From an uncultured Opitutales bacterium (GTDB lineage Bacteria; Verrucomicrobiota; Verrucomicrobiia; Opitutales; Intestinicryptomonadaceae): 32,000 nt of DNA. Below, one piece after another: positions 1 to 7,989 of the stretch. Positions within the stretch are counted from its first letter, which is position 1, and every line of letters starts with the position of its first letter. Where the stretch lies: assembly GCA_934613415.1 (NCBI GenBank), contig CAKTSY010000001.1, forward strand, positions 120,001-152,000, read 5' to 3'. The notes under the pieces were generated by a model. It ran no database searches. It saw only the letters and a list, made by a program, of their open reading frames with translations, and was not told the origin of the DNA. Made by a program: the position numbers and the translations under genes.

Positions 1-1283
1 TATTTTCTTTTGGGCATTTCGTCGACAATGTTGCCGGTTTTTAGCATTTCGCTGATTTTCGAAGCCAAAAATAGGTAGTGGTCTTCGGCAACGCCTTCGG
101 TGCCTACAAATGGGCAGCCTTCCGCTACGGGCGGTTCTTTACGGAGTTTGAATATTGCGGTAGCTTCGTCTATTTCGTCGAACATCGAAATATATATCAT
201 ATTTGCGCCGCCTTCTACAGCCTCTTTGCCCATTTCCCAGAAAAACTTTCCGCCAAGTCTTGGCACTTTGTTAAGCTGCGAAGATTTCACAAATTTGGGA
301 TTGTTTTTCATCTTATTATGCCACGAAAAACCCGCATAAATTGTGGGCATATACGAAATATTGTTTTTGGTGCACCACTCTACGTCGTCGGAAACAACAT
401 CGGCAAAAATATTTTTCTTAGCCATCATTTTGCCTTCTTTTTTATTATAGTTATAACGCCCAACATTCCACGGAGAAACAATGTCGGCATATTTTTTAAG
501 GAAATCGTGCAAATAGGGTTTTGCCTTAGAGCAGTCGCCATCGGCCTTCCTAAAGCCAGCACCAGTGCCAATCATAATAGAGCAGTTGCCGTAAACGGGA
601 TCGTTCTTCAAAAAGTCCAGGAACTTAACTAAGTCGGTATCCTGCACAAAGTTAAGCCTGTCGTTAAGCCCTATTCCCCATATACATACAAGGGGCTTGC
701 CGTTATGGAAAACGTAGGTATCTTTAGAAGTAAGCGCCAATTCGTCGAGCAGCATTTTCCAGTCTTTAATAAGGCCGTCGGCGACTTTTTTGCCGCCCAT
801 ACCGCTTAAGTCGTACATTACAATCATACCGACTTTATATTTTTGCGAAGCCTTCATGCAGTTGCCCATAATTTTTACCCAGTCTTGCCAATCGGCTCCC
901 TTGCGGGTTGTATGGTAGTAAAATCTCTGCACAAAGGCTGCGTCAATGCCGTATTCTTTCATCCACTTAAAGTGCAAGTCGCTTGTAGAATAGTCAAGCG
1001 AGCTGAACATTTGAGCGGGTTTGCCGTCTTTTTCCAAAAATTTTGTATCGTAGGTTTTTTCGTATTCGCGCATATCCGGCCACATATCAACCCTGCAAGT
1101 TTCCGGGTCGTACAGCCTAAAAAGTTTGCCTTTGCCGCCGTCGAGCGGGCATCTAAACCAAGCCTGATATCCCGTAACCAAAAGCTTGTCGCAACTTTTA
1201 AATATGGGCGTTGTTGTGTGTTTGCTCTGTGCAAAGGCCGAAATTGCAAATGCGCACAATATTATTGTTAATAATTTTTTCAT
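1..1283 (-). CDS. secreted glycoside-hydrolase-like protein, C-terminus beyond window edge (family unresolved)
   Basis: This gene is absent from the supplied ORF track because it has no stop inside the window. My translation of the minus strand from the ATG at 1283-1281 is open all the way to position 1. It reads MKKLLTIILCAFAISAFAQSKHTT (signal peptide) ...YQAWFRCPLDGG...GMIVMYDLSG...CIWGIGLND...VSPWNVGRY...ISMFDEIDEATAIFK... Plus-strand ORFs 78..632 and 843..1271 are its antisense shadows. The layout looks like a TIM-barrel GH, but the family cannot be fixed without a profile search. Confidence 0.7.
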   Translation of the reverse strand, partial: MKKLLTIILCAFAISAFAQSKHTTTPIFKSCDKLLVTGYQAWFRCPLDGGKGKLFRLYDPETCRVDMWPDMREYEKTYDTKFLEKDGKPAQMFSSLDYSTSDLHFKWMKEYGIDAAFVQRFYYHTTRKGADWQDWVKIMGNCMKASQKYKVGMIVMYDLSGMGGKKVADGLIKDWKMLLDELALTSKDTYVFHNGKPLVCIWGIGLNDRLNFVQDTDLVKFLDFLKNDPVYGNCSIMIGTGAGFRKADGDCSKAKPYLHDFLKKYADIVSPWNVGRYNYNKKEGKMMAKKNIFADVVSDDVEWCTKNNISYMPTIYAGFSWHNKMKNNPKFVKSSQLNKVPRLGGKFFWEMGKEAVEGGANMIYISMFDEIDEATAIFKLRKEPPVAEGCPFVGTEGVAEDHYLFLASKISEMLKTGNIVDEMPKRK

Positions 1284-1302
1284 TGTCATACAAAATAAAG
1301 CG

Positions 1303-1446
1303 TTAAGACAAATACTGTTGCATAGTTTCGCAATTTTGGCCAAAAAAACCTTTCGAAATTGTTACTCCCCTGTCGTCGGTAGATGTACACCCCGAAAAAA
1401 CTACGGCCAACGCTGCCAAAACTAACATAATCTTTATAATTTTCAT
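1303..1446 (-). CDS. small predicted lipoprotein (47 aa), function unknown
   Basis: This is an internal ATG (1446-1444) of the 61-aa track ORF 1303..1488. It gives MKIIKIMLVLAALAVVFSG|CTSTDDRG..., a textbook signal peptide plus lipobox (FSGC). It lies between a terminator hairpin (1461-1501) and the next GH gene, 19 nt upstream of that gene's start. It is short and I recognise no homology. Confidence 0.4.
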   Translation of the reverse strand: MKIIKIMLVLAALAVVFSGCTSTDDRGVTISKGFFGQNCETMQQYLS

Positions 1447-1460
1447 ACAAAACAAGCCTA

Positions 1461-1501
1461 CAAAAAATGCACCCTCTACACAAGGCAATTTTTGGGTGCA
1501 T
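1461..1501 (-). terminator. rho-independent terminator after the GH39-like gene
   Basis: ATGCACCC (1467-1474) pairs with GGGTGCAT (1494-1501). On the minus strand the hairpin is followed by a U-tract (plus-strand A-run 1462-1467). The loop is rather large at 19 nt. Confidence 0.5.
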
Positions 1502-1524
1502 TTTTAAAAATTTACCGCGCTTAG

Positions 1525-3198
1525 CTACTTTTCGATGGGCGTAATTTCGAAAAACACGGCACTATTTCCGCAAAATGTATGGCTTAAATCTATAACGCCG
1601 TTTTCGCCCACTTTTACCGTTTTTACCTCAGGCTCTATCTTAGACATCTTTACGTATTTTGGCCTCAGCTTTTCCATATACAACTTGTGGTTTTTCTTGT
1701 CGCACCAAGCCCTCGGCAAGTCTAGCTGCACGCTTTCGGGAGACCATGTAAAGTCGCTATCCTTTAATTTGTAGATTTTGCGGTCTTTTTTAAACTCGTC
1801 GCAAAAATTGCTTTTATAGTCCATTGTCAGCGTAGAAATTTTCACCTCCTTGCCAGCAAATTGCGGGGCCAAAATGCGCCATTGCGACGGAAGCTCGAAA
1901 CGGTCGTTATAGGTTTGCTTTAAAGAATAGCCCATAATGCGCAGGGTGTTTGCCTTTTTGTCGAAGCCTGCAAAGCCGTTTACTTCGTGCCCCTGTGTTT
2001 TGCCCATTGTGTAGCGCAACACTTTTACCCTGTTGCAATTTTTAAATTTTGAGACGCTTCGGGCGGCATAGTAGCTTGTGTGCGGGAAGCCTTTATGCGG
2101 CTTGTTCGACGAATACCCCCACGAGGCAAAATAGTCTATGTCGTTGTCGTACATAGTTTTTGCAAGTTTAACTTCGTACGGAATTTGGAAAGAGTCGCCC
2201 GTAATGCGCGAAAGCAAATCGGCCTTGTCGCGCCCTTTTGTGCCCGACATCATACGCCCTTCGTCTACGCCGAAAATAAGTTTTAAGCCCAATCTTTTTG
2301 CTGCGGCTTTTGCCTCGAGCATACGCATAATCATAGGTGTTGCCTGTATGCGGCTGGGAGTATGTTGGTAATACGAGATTGCAAAAATATCTAGCTTTGT
2401 GCCCTTTTTGCCGGTTTTATAGTTTGTGCCGTTTGCGCAGTGCTCTAGCAATTCTATCGGGTCCCAAAACGAGCTGTTTGCCGACATTGCGTGCGCGCCA
2501 ATTTGCGCCGTGGGCGAAATGTTTTTTTGAACGGCGTCTACGGTATAGTCGAAAAGCTTAAAATAGGCTTTCATAGTATGTTCCGGGTTTTCGTCTAATG
2601 TTCTAAACCAGCCGTAATTTTCGTATTCGGTAAAAAGCCCGTATCTCCAAGTAGCACATTCTTCTTTGCCGAATTTGTCGGTTAGCGCTTTGCAAACCGC
2701 CGTGGCAAACTTGTAGTATTGCTCGAAATCTTCGGGCGGAAACGGGTTCATATATTCGCCTTTTACATCGCTTTTGGAAAGCTTGCGCGGAACGCTGAAT
2801 TTTACATAGGGCTTAATGTTGTTTTTTAATAGAATTTCGCAGGCGTTTATAAGCTTCGAAAAATCGTAATCGTCCAACACATCGAAATTTTTTGGGTCTT
2901 TAAATGGGTCTCTTTTATACTCGCCGCCAGTGGCCTGCATAATTTGACCGTATTCTACAAACGAGGTATCCATACCCTCGCTTTTATCGAAAGGCTCCAT
3001 TTCGTTAATGGCGTCCCAATAATTGTAGTTGCTAACCTTATTGCCCATTTGCGAAGTCGTATCGATTCTATTCATATCCACAACCATTTTTATGGGCATA
3101 GCATCGTTATGTGCGGTTTCGGCGGTTAAAATATACGAAAAACACATTGCAACCAAAGCAGACAATGCACTCTTAAAAACGGATTTCTTCATAATCAT
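1525..3198 (-). CDS. secreted clan GH-A glycoside hydrolase, GH39-like
   Basis: 557-aa ORF with an N-terminal signal peptide (MIMKKSVFKSALSALVAMCFSYILTA). WRYGLFTEYENYGWF resembles the W-x-fE-x-WNEP acid/base strand of GH39 and clan A. FGVDEGRMM is a plausible nucleophile strand. The DYDFSKL...IKPYVKF layout is typical of GH39 xylosidase-like proteins. The family call is by eye only. Confidence 0.6.
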   Translation of the reverse strand: MIMKKSVFKSALSALVAMCFSYILTAETAHNDAMPIKMVVDMNRIDTTSQMGNKVSNYNYWDAINEMEPFDKSEGMDTSFVEYGQIMQATGGEYKRDPFKDPKNFDVLDDYDFSKLINACEILLKNNIKPYVKFSVPRKLSKSDVKGEYMNPFPPEDFEQYYKFATAVCKALTDKFGKEECATWRYGLFTEYENYGWFRTLDENPEHTMKAYFKLFDYTVDAVQKNISPTAQIGAHAMSANSSFWDPIELLEHCANGTNYKTGKKGTKLDIFAISYYQHTPSRIQATPMIMRMLEAKAAAKRLGLKLIFGVDEGRMMSGTKGRDKADLLSRITGDSFQIPYEVKLAKTMYDNDIDYFASWGYSSNKPHKGFPHTSYYAARSVSKFKNCNRVKVLRYTMGKTQGHEVNGFAGFDKKANTLRIMGYSLKQTYNDRFELPSQWRILAPQFAGKEVKISTLTMDYKSNFCDEFKKDRKIYKLKDSDFTWSPESVQLDLPRAWCDKKNHKLYMEKLRPKYVKMSKIEPEVKTVKVGENGVIDLSHTFCGNSAVFFEITPIEK

Positions 3199-3294
3199 AA
3201 CGCTTTCGTTATACGATTTTCTTGCGCTGGCGTCAAAACAAAAAATCTTCCAAAAACTCTTGCAGGCAAATAAAAAGCCCCTAGCCTAGCCTTT

Positions 3295-3810
3295 GTGGAT
3301 ATAATAGAGCCAAAAAGGGAATATTTAAATTCGTACATACAGGCGTGTCGCGAAACATTCGGGCACGTTCACAACAACTATATTATACACGACCCAGAAA
3401 AAGCCGACATTTGGCAACACACTATTTTTGACGACTATAAAAATAGCGAACTTGGCATAGACTTGCCAAAAGGCTATATGCCAAACAAAACCTATTGGAT
3501 TGTGGACAACGGCGAATATATAGGCACAATAAACATCAGGTTAAAATTAAACGAAATTTTGCGTATCTACGGAGGGTCTATAGGCATAATGATAAGGCTT
3601 AAGGCGCGCAACAAAGGTTATGCAAAAAAGGCATTTGCCCAATCGCTAATTCTTGCAAAAAAACTTGGCTTAAAAGAAATCCTTGTAAGCTGTTTCGAAA
3701 ACAATATATATTCGCACAAAATTCTTTTAAACTCGCCCTACAAAAGCTGCGAAAGCCAAATGGTTGTTTTCGACGGCAAAAGCCAAAGAATTTGGCGGTT
3801 TTTCTTTTAA
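3295..3810 (+). CDS. GNAT-family N-acetyltransferase (COG3981-like)
   Basis: 171-aa ORF. The GTG start at 3295 is the first start codon I find after the in-frame stop at 3271, and there is no ATG before residue 62. The GNAT core is IGIMIRLKARNKGYAKKAFAQSLILAKKLGLKEILVSCFENNIYSHKIL, matching the acetyl-CoA-binding R-x-x-G-x-G/A-like segment followed by N-x-x-S. Confidence 0.65.
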   Translation: MDIIEPKREYLNSYIQACRETFGHVHNNYIIHDPEKADIWQHTIFDDYKNSELGIDLPKGYMPNKTYWIVDNGEYIGTINIRLKLNEILRIYGGSIGIMIRLKARNKGYAKKAFAQSLILAKKLGLKEILVSCFENNIYSHKILLNSPYKSCESQMVVFDGKSQRIWRFFF

Positions 3811-3845
3811 GGAATTTTTTTAATAAATTTTAAGACATACAGAAT

Positions 3846-5144
3846 ATGAAAATTTTAAGGCTATTTTTTATTTTGCAAATTTTGCCGCTTTTGGCGTTTG
3901 CAAATTTTGTAGATTTCCCCCGAAAAGCAAAAGAATGGTTTTCGACAGAAGCCCCCGTCAAAACAGAGGGGCTAAAAAAGTTTAACATTTGCGACTTTGG
4001 GGCGAAAAGCAAAACAAACACCCCGCAAACCGAGGCAATACAAAGCGCGATAGACGCCGCAGCAAAAAACGGGGGCATTGTTGTAATCCCGCAGGGCGAA
4101 TTTTTAAGCGGAGCGTTGTTTTTTAAGCCTAACACGCATTTATATTTAGCCGAAAACGCCGTATTAAAGGGCAGCGACGACATTTCCGACTTTCCCGTTT
4201 TGCCCACCAGAATAGAAGGCCAAAGCATAGACTATTTTGCCGCCCTTGTAAACGCAAACAACTGCAACAATTTTTCGATTTCGGGCAAAGGCACAATAGA
4301 CGGCAACGGAACAAGATATTGGAAATCTTTTTGGCTGAGGCGCAAAGTAAATCGCAAATGCACAAACATAGAGGAGCTGCGCCCGAGGCTGCTGTATGTT
4401 TCGAACAGCAGCAATGTGTCGGTTAGCGGCATTACCCTGCAAAACTCGCCCTTTTGGACATCGCACTACTACAAATGCAAATTCGTAAAAATTTCGGGGC
4501 TGAAAATACTGTCGCCTACAAAACCGGTTCCTGCTCCCAGCACCGACGCCATAGACATAGACGCCTGCGAAAACGTGCATATAAAAAACTGCTATATGTC
4601 GGTTAACGACGACGCCATTGCCCTAAAAGGCGGCAAAGGCCCGTACGCCGACAAAGCCATCGAAAACGGCGCAAACAAAAATATTTTGATAGAAAACTGC
4701 ACTTTCGGCTTTTGCCACAGCACCCTAACTTGCGGAAGCGAAGCGATTTTATGCGAAAACATTGTAATGCAAAACTGCACGTTCGACAATCCCGACAGGG
4801 TTTTGTGGCTAAAAATGCGCCCCGATACCCCGCAATTATACAAAAATATTTCGCTTAAAAACCTTAAGGGAACCGCGCGCCACTTTTTGTATGTAAAGCC
4901 GTGGACACAGTTTTTCGACCTAAAGGGACGCCCCGACATTCCCCTTTCGTTTGCCGAAAACGTAAGTTTTGAAAATATAAAAGTTGAATGTAAAACGCTT
5001 TTTGCCGTACAAAAAAGCGACCAATATTTCCTTAAAAACTTTTCGTTTAAAAACGTAAAGGCAAAGGCCGCAACATATACAACCGACAAAAGCCTTGCCG
5101 AAAGTTTTAAATTCGAAAATTTCGATTTCGAAAAAACAAAATAG
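3846..5144 (+). CDS. glycoside hydrolase family 28 (polygalacturonase / rhamnogalacturonase-type pectinase), secreted
   Basis: Signal peptide MKILRLFFILQILPLLAFA. GH28 signatures are STDAIDIDACENVHIKNCYMSVNDDAIALKGG (the NTDGID ... GDDCIAiKsG pattern) and parallel beta-helix repeats (ISGKGTIDGNG, SVSGITLQNSP). Confidence 0.85.
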   Translation: MKILRLFFILQILPLLAFANFVDFPRKAKEWFSTEAPVKTEGLKKFNICDFGAKSKTNTPQTEAIQSAIDAAAKNGGIVVIPQGEFLSGALFFKPNTHLYLAENAVLKGSDDISDFPVLPTRIEGQSIDYFAALVNANNCNNFSISGKGTIDGNGTRYWKSFWLRRKVNRKCTNIEELRPRLLYVSNSSNVSVSGITLQNSPFWTSHYYKCKFVKISGLKILSPTKPVPAPSTDAIDIDACENVHIKNCYMSVNDDAIALKGGKGPYADKAIENGANKNILIENCTFGFCHSTLTCGSEAILCENIVMQNCTFDNPDRVLWLKMRPDTPQLYKNISLKNLKGTARHFLYVKPWTQFFDLKGRPDIPLSFAENVSFENIKVECKTLFAVQKSDQYFLKNFSFKNVKAKAATYTTDKSLAESFKFENFDFEKTK

Positions 5145-5155
5145 CCGCTTTTAAA

Positions 5156-5554
5156 ATGGACAAAAAATTGCCGAATTTAATGCTAAATACGGTAAAGGCG
5201 GGTTTCCCTTCGGTTAGCGAAAGCGAGTGTGAATATCCGCTAGACCTAAACGAGCTTATGGTAAAAAATGCGCCATCTACCTTTTTTGTGCGTGTAGACG
5301 GCGACTCTATGCAGCCCGCAGGCATTTTTGCAAACGATATTTTGGTTGTAGACCGCTCGCTGGACCCCGTCGACAAAAGCATTGTAATTGCCTGCGTAAA
5401 TAACGAATTTACCGTAAAATATTTTAGGAGACAAAACAGCAAAGTGTGGCTGCAGGCGGCAAATAAAAACTATGGCGACATACATTTTAGCGGCCTAATG
5501 GAGCTTAAAATTTTCGGCGTTGTAACGGGCTTGGTTCGCAAATTCAGCAAATGA
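5156..5554 (+). CDS. umuD: UmuD, S24 peptidase subunit of translesion DNA polymerase V
   Basis: VKAGFPSVSE carries an Ala-Gly self-cleavage site aligned with E. coli UmuD QCGFPSP. Catalytic Ser is in VDGDSMQP and catalytic Lys in EFTVKYF. The stop overlaps the umuC start (ATGA at 5551-5554). Confidence 0.9.
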   Translation: MDKKLPNLMLNTVKAGFPSVSESECEYPLDLNELMVKNAPSTFFVRVDGDSMQPAGIFANDILVVDRSLDPVDKSIVIACVNNEFTVKYFRRQNSKVWLQAANKNYGDIHFSGLMELKIFGVVTGLVRKFSK

Positions 5555-6789
5555 TTGCTCTGGTAGACGGCAACAATTTTTTTGTATCGTGCGAAAGGGT
5601 TTTTAACCCGTCGCTAGAGGACAAACCCGTTGCGGTTTTGTCGAACAACGACGGCTGCGTAATTTCGCGCTCGAACGAATTTAAGTCGCTTAAAATTGCA
5701 ATGGGTACGCCCTATTTTAAGATTAAAAACGACATTAAACCCTTGGGACTAATCCTTAAGTCGGGCAACCACGAACTATACGGAGACCTGTCGCGCAGGC
5801 TAATGCAAACGCTGTATAAATTCGCGCCCCTTGTAGAGCAGTATTCTGTAGACGAGGCGTTTATACACCCCTACGAAACCCCAAACTGGCAGGCTTTCGG
5901 CGAAAATATGCGCAAAAACATTTTAAAGTGCGTGGGTATCCCCTGCGGGGTGGGTTTTGCAAAAACAAAAACTTTGGCTAAAATTGCAAATCACATAGGC
6001 AAAAAATCGGCAAGCGGCGTTTTTGTTATGCCCGAAAACAACAGGCAAATTTTGGCCAATACCCCCGTGGGCGAAATTTGGGGTGTTGGCGGCAATTCCG
6101 AAACAAAATTGGCTGCAAAAGGCATACACACCGCCCTTGCCCTCTCGGAATTCGGCGACGAAAAGCTGCATAAAAGCTTCGGCATAAATATGGCGAAAAT
6201 TGCAATGGAATTAAGGGGCATAAAGTGTATAGACGACGAAATGCCCGACGAACCATCGCAAAGCCTTACATATTCTAGATGTTTCGGCAAAGCGGTTGTA
6301 GATTTCGAGCAATTATGCGAAAGCGTTGCAACCTACCTAGCCAAAGCGGCCGAAAAGTTGCGCGCCGAAAAGCAAAGGGCTTCGGCGGTAAACATCTATT
6401 CTGTTTACTACCCAGAATATAAACCGCATTTTTCGGAGGGCGGCTCGCTTTCGGCAACGATAACCTTTAATACCCCAACCGACAACACAATAGAAATGCT
6501 AAAAGCCGTTTCTCCGCGCATAGGCAGCATATTTATAAAAAACCGCCGCTACAAAAAAACGGGCGTAGTTCTTTTCGGGTTGGAATCGGGCGCATTTCAG
6601 GGCGACTTGTTTTCCAAAAACGAAAGCCATAGCAAACTGTTCGAAGCTGTAGACAAACTAAACCGAAAATTCGGCAAAAACAGCGTTGCCCCGTTGGCGG
6701 CGGGCCTGCAAAAACCGTGGCAGACAAGGCGCGATATGGCATCTCCTAACTACACAACAAGTTGGAGCGATATTTTGTCGGTAAAATAG
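5551..6789 (+). CDS. umuC: UmuC, Y-family translesion DNA polymerase V catalytic subunit
   Basis: The N-terminus [57 protein letters not shown] is near-colinear with E. coli UmuC ([45 protein letters not shown]...). SVDEAF supplies the catalytic acidic motif. Confidence 0.9.
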   Translation: [412 protein letters not shown]

Positions 6790-6832
6790 CAAAAATCGCT
6801 AAAGACAAGTTTGGCAAATATCAACAATTAGC

Positions 6833-6861
6833 TTGACCCAAAATTGCAACAGGCGCACAAT
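6833..6861 (+). promoter_or_regulatory. candidate sigma70-type promoter for tRNA-Val
   Basis: TTGACC (6833-6838), a 17-nt spacer, then CACAAT (6856-6861). This lies about 20 nt upstream of the mature tRNA 5' end. Consensus matching only. Confidence 0.35.
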
Positions 6862-6881
6862 TTTTTCAGTTTTTTCTTAGT

Positions 6882-6958
6882 GGGGACATAGCTCAGTTGG
6901 TTAGAGCATCTGCATCACACGCAGGGGGTCCTCGGTTCGAGTCCGAGTGTCCCCACCA
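6882..6958 (+). tRNA. tRNA-Val (anticodon CAC), CCA encoded
   Basis: Hand-folded cloverleaf. Acceptor stem GGGGACA/TGTCCCC; D arm GCTC-AGTTGGTTA-GAGC; anticodon stem TCTGC/GCAGG with loop AT-CAC-AC; variable loop GGGTC; T arm CTCGG-TTCGAGT-CCGAG; discriminator A followed by CCA. Confidence 0.9.
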
Positions 6959-6973
6959 TTAAATCAAGCTTTA

Positions 6974-7002
6974 AGCCGCAGCCCGTTGGTTGCGGCTTTT
7001 TT
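6974..7002 (+). terminator. rho-independent terminator after tRNA-Val
   Basis: AGCCGCAGCC...GGTTGCGGCT hairpin (GCCGCA/TGCGGC core) followed by TTTTTTG. Confidence 0.65.
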
Positions 7003-7146
7003 GTTGTTTTATACAGACATTCGCACTTGTATTACTTACTTATTAAAAACAAGTTGCATAAAAATCTGCTAATTTTAATCGGGGCAGAAAACTACATTCC
7101 AAACTTGACGAAATATCTATAGCGGCTATACCGCTTGGTGCAAAAA

Positions 7147-7989
7147 TCACCCTATTGATTTTTGCGATTGCGTTTGCAATGCGGAAATATCGAAAGTGTC
7201 TTTTAGCGCAGTTCCGCTAATTTTGCGCTTGCGCGACTCCTCCAAAAGCCAGGCAAGCTTTTTTGTGGCAATATCTATAGGCAAGCCAAGCGGCCTAATG
7301 TTAGAAATGCAGTTTCGGTCGGATTCCACGCTTGCCCACCTTGTGTTGTAGGTAAAATACGCACTAAGGCTGTCGGGCGAACCCAATCCCGGGCGTTCGC
7401 CTACAAGCGCCAAAGTGTGCCTTGCGTGCAAAATTTCGTTTATGGCGTCTTGAATTTTTACCCTTGCAAACGGCGCAATAATTATGGGGTATGCATACCA
7501 GTTTTCTTCGGGTAAATTTGCAAACAACGCCTTTATTGTGTCTACAGCGTGCTCGTTTGCTGCCAACGCCGAAAGCCCGTCGGAAACGACAACCATAAAA
7601 TCGCGCTTGCCCCACTCTTTTGCAAGTTTTGCCAGTTTCTCTGCGGAATCTTCGCTTAATTGGCGGCCAAGTTCGGGGTTCATCAAATAGCTTTGCTTGT
7701 CGGAAACTTTTGTGTGCAAAACAACGCTGTCGAAGCCCGCCGCCTTTAGTTGTTCGGCAATCTTTTCGGGGTAAAACTTTGCAAGAACGGCATCTTTTGC
7801 GCGCGCGTGCGCCAATTTAAAATCCAATATAGACGCCGTGCGTTGGCTGCCTCCCACCCTGCCAATGCCGATTCTCGCCGTGGTATATTTTCTAAGCAAG
7901 CACCAAGTGTCGGGCTTCGACACCGAATTTGCTCTTAGCATATATTCGCCGTTCGGCTTATTTATTGTCGGTAAATCCATAATCTGCAA
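7147..7989 (-). CDS. eutC: ethanolamine ammonia-lyase small subunit EutC
   Basis: LRKYTTARIGIGRVGGSQRT...FKLAHARAKDAV...VVVSDGLSA...LVGERPGLGSPDSLSAY...ESDRNCISNI aligns along its length with E. coli EutC (STVARVCTGRAGPRPRT...VISDGLST...LVGERPGLGQSESLSCY...EADRTCISNI). The start is uncertain. Position 7989 overlaps eutB by 32 nt, and in-frame alternatives exist at 7980 (MDLPT) and 7941 (MLRAN). Confidence 0.88.
   Translation of the reverse strand: MQIMDLPTINKPNGEYMLRANSVSKPDTWCLLRKYTTARIGIGRVGGSQRTASILDFKLAHARAKDAVLAKFYPEKIAEQLKAAGFDSVVLHTKVSDKQSYLMNPELGRQLSEDSAEKLAKLAKEWGKRDFMVVVSDGLSALAANEHAVDTIKALFANLPEENWYAYPIIIAPFARVKIQDAINEILHARHTLALVGERPGLGSPDSLSAYFTYNTRWASVESDRNCISNIRPLGLPIDIATKKLAWLLEESRKRKISGTALKDTFDISALQTQSQKSIG

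Noticed and set aside
78-1271. Plus-strand track ORFs 78..632 (184 aa), 100..339 and 843..1271 (142 aa)
   Set aside because: Their translations are low-complexity and Phe/Cys/Arg-rich with no motifs. The opposite strand carries one continuous, well-formed secreted GH-like frame from 1283 to the window edge, so these are antisense shadow ORFs.
5113-5125. Palindrome TCGAAA-A-TTTCGA about 35 nt upstream of umuD, considered as a possible SOS operator
   Set aside because: It lies inside the GH28 coding sequence. It is fully explained by the repetitive codons TTC GAA AAT TTC GAT TTC GAA (F-E-N-F-D-F-E). It matches no LexA motif I know. I keep it only as a note under the umuDC finding.
6790-7146. 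tRNA-Val as an integration site for a genomic island carrying umuDC
   Set aside because: There is no integrase or recombinase gene and no obvious duplicated copy of the tRNA 3' end by eye. I saw no abrupt compositional change either. The flanking genes on both sides look like ordinary chromosomal genes.
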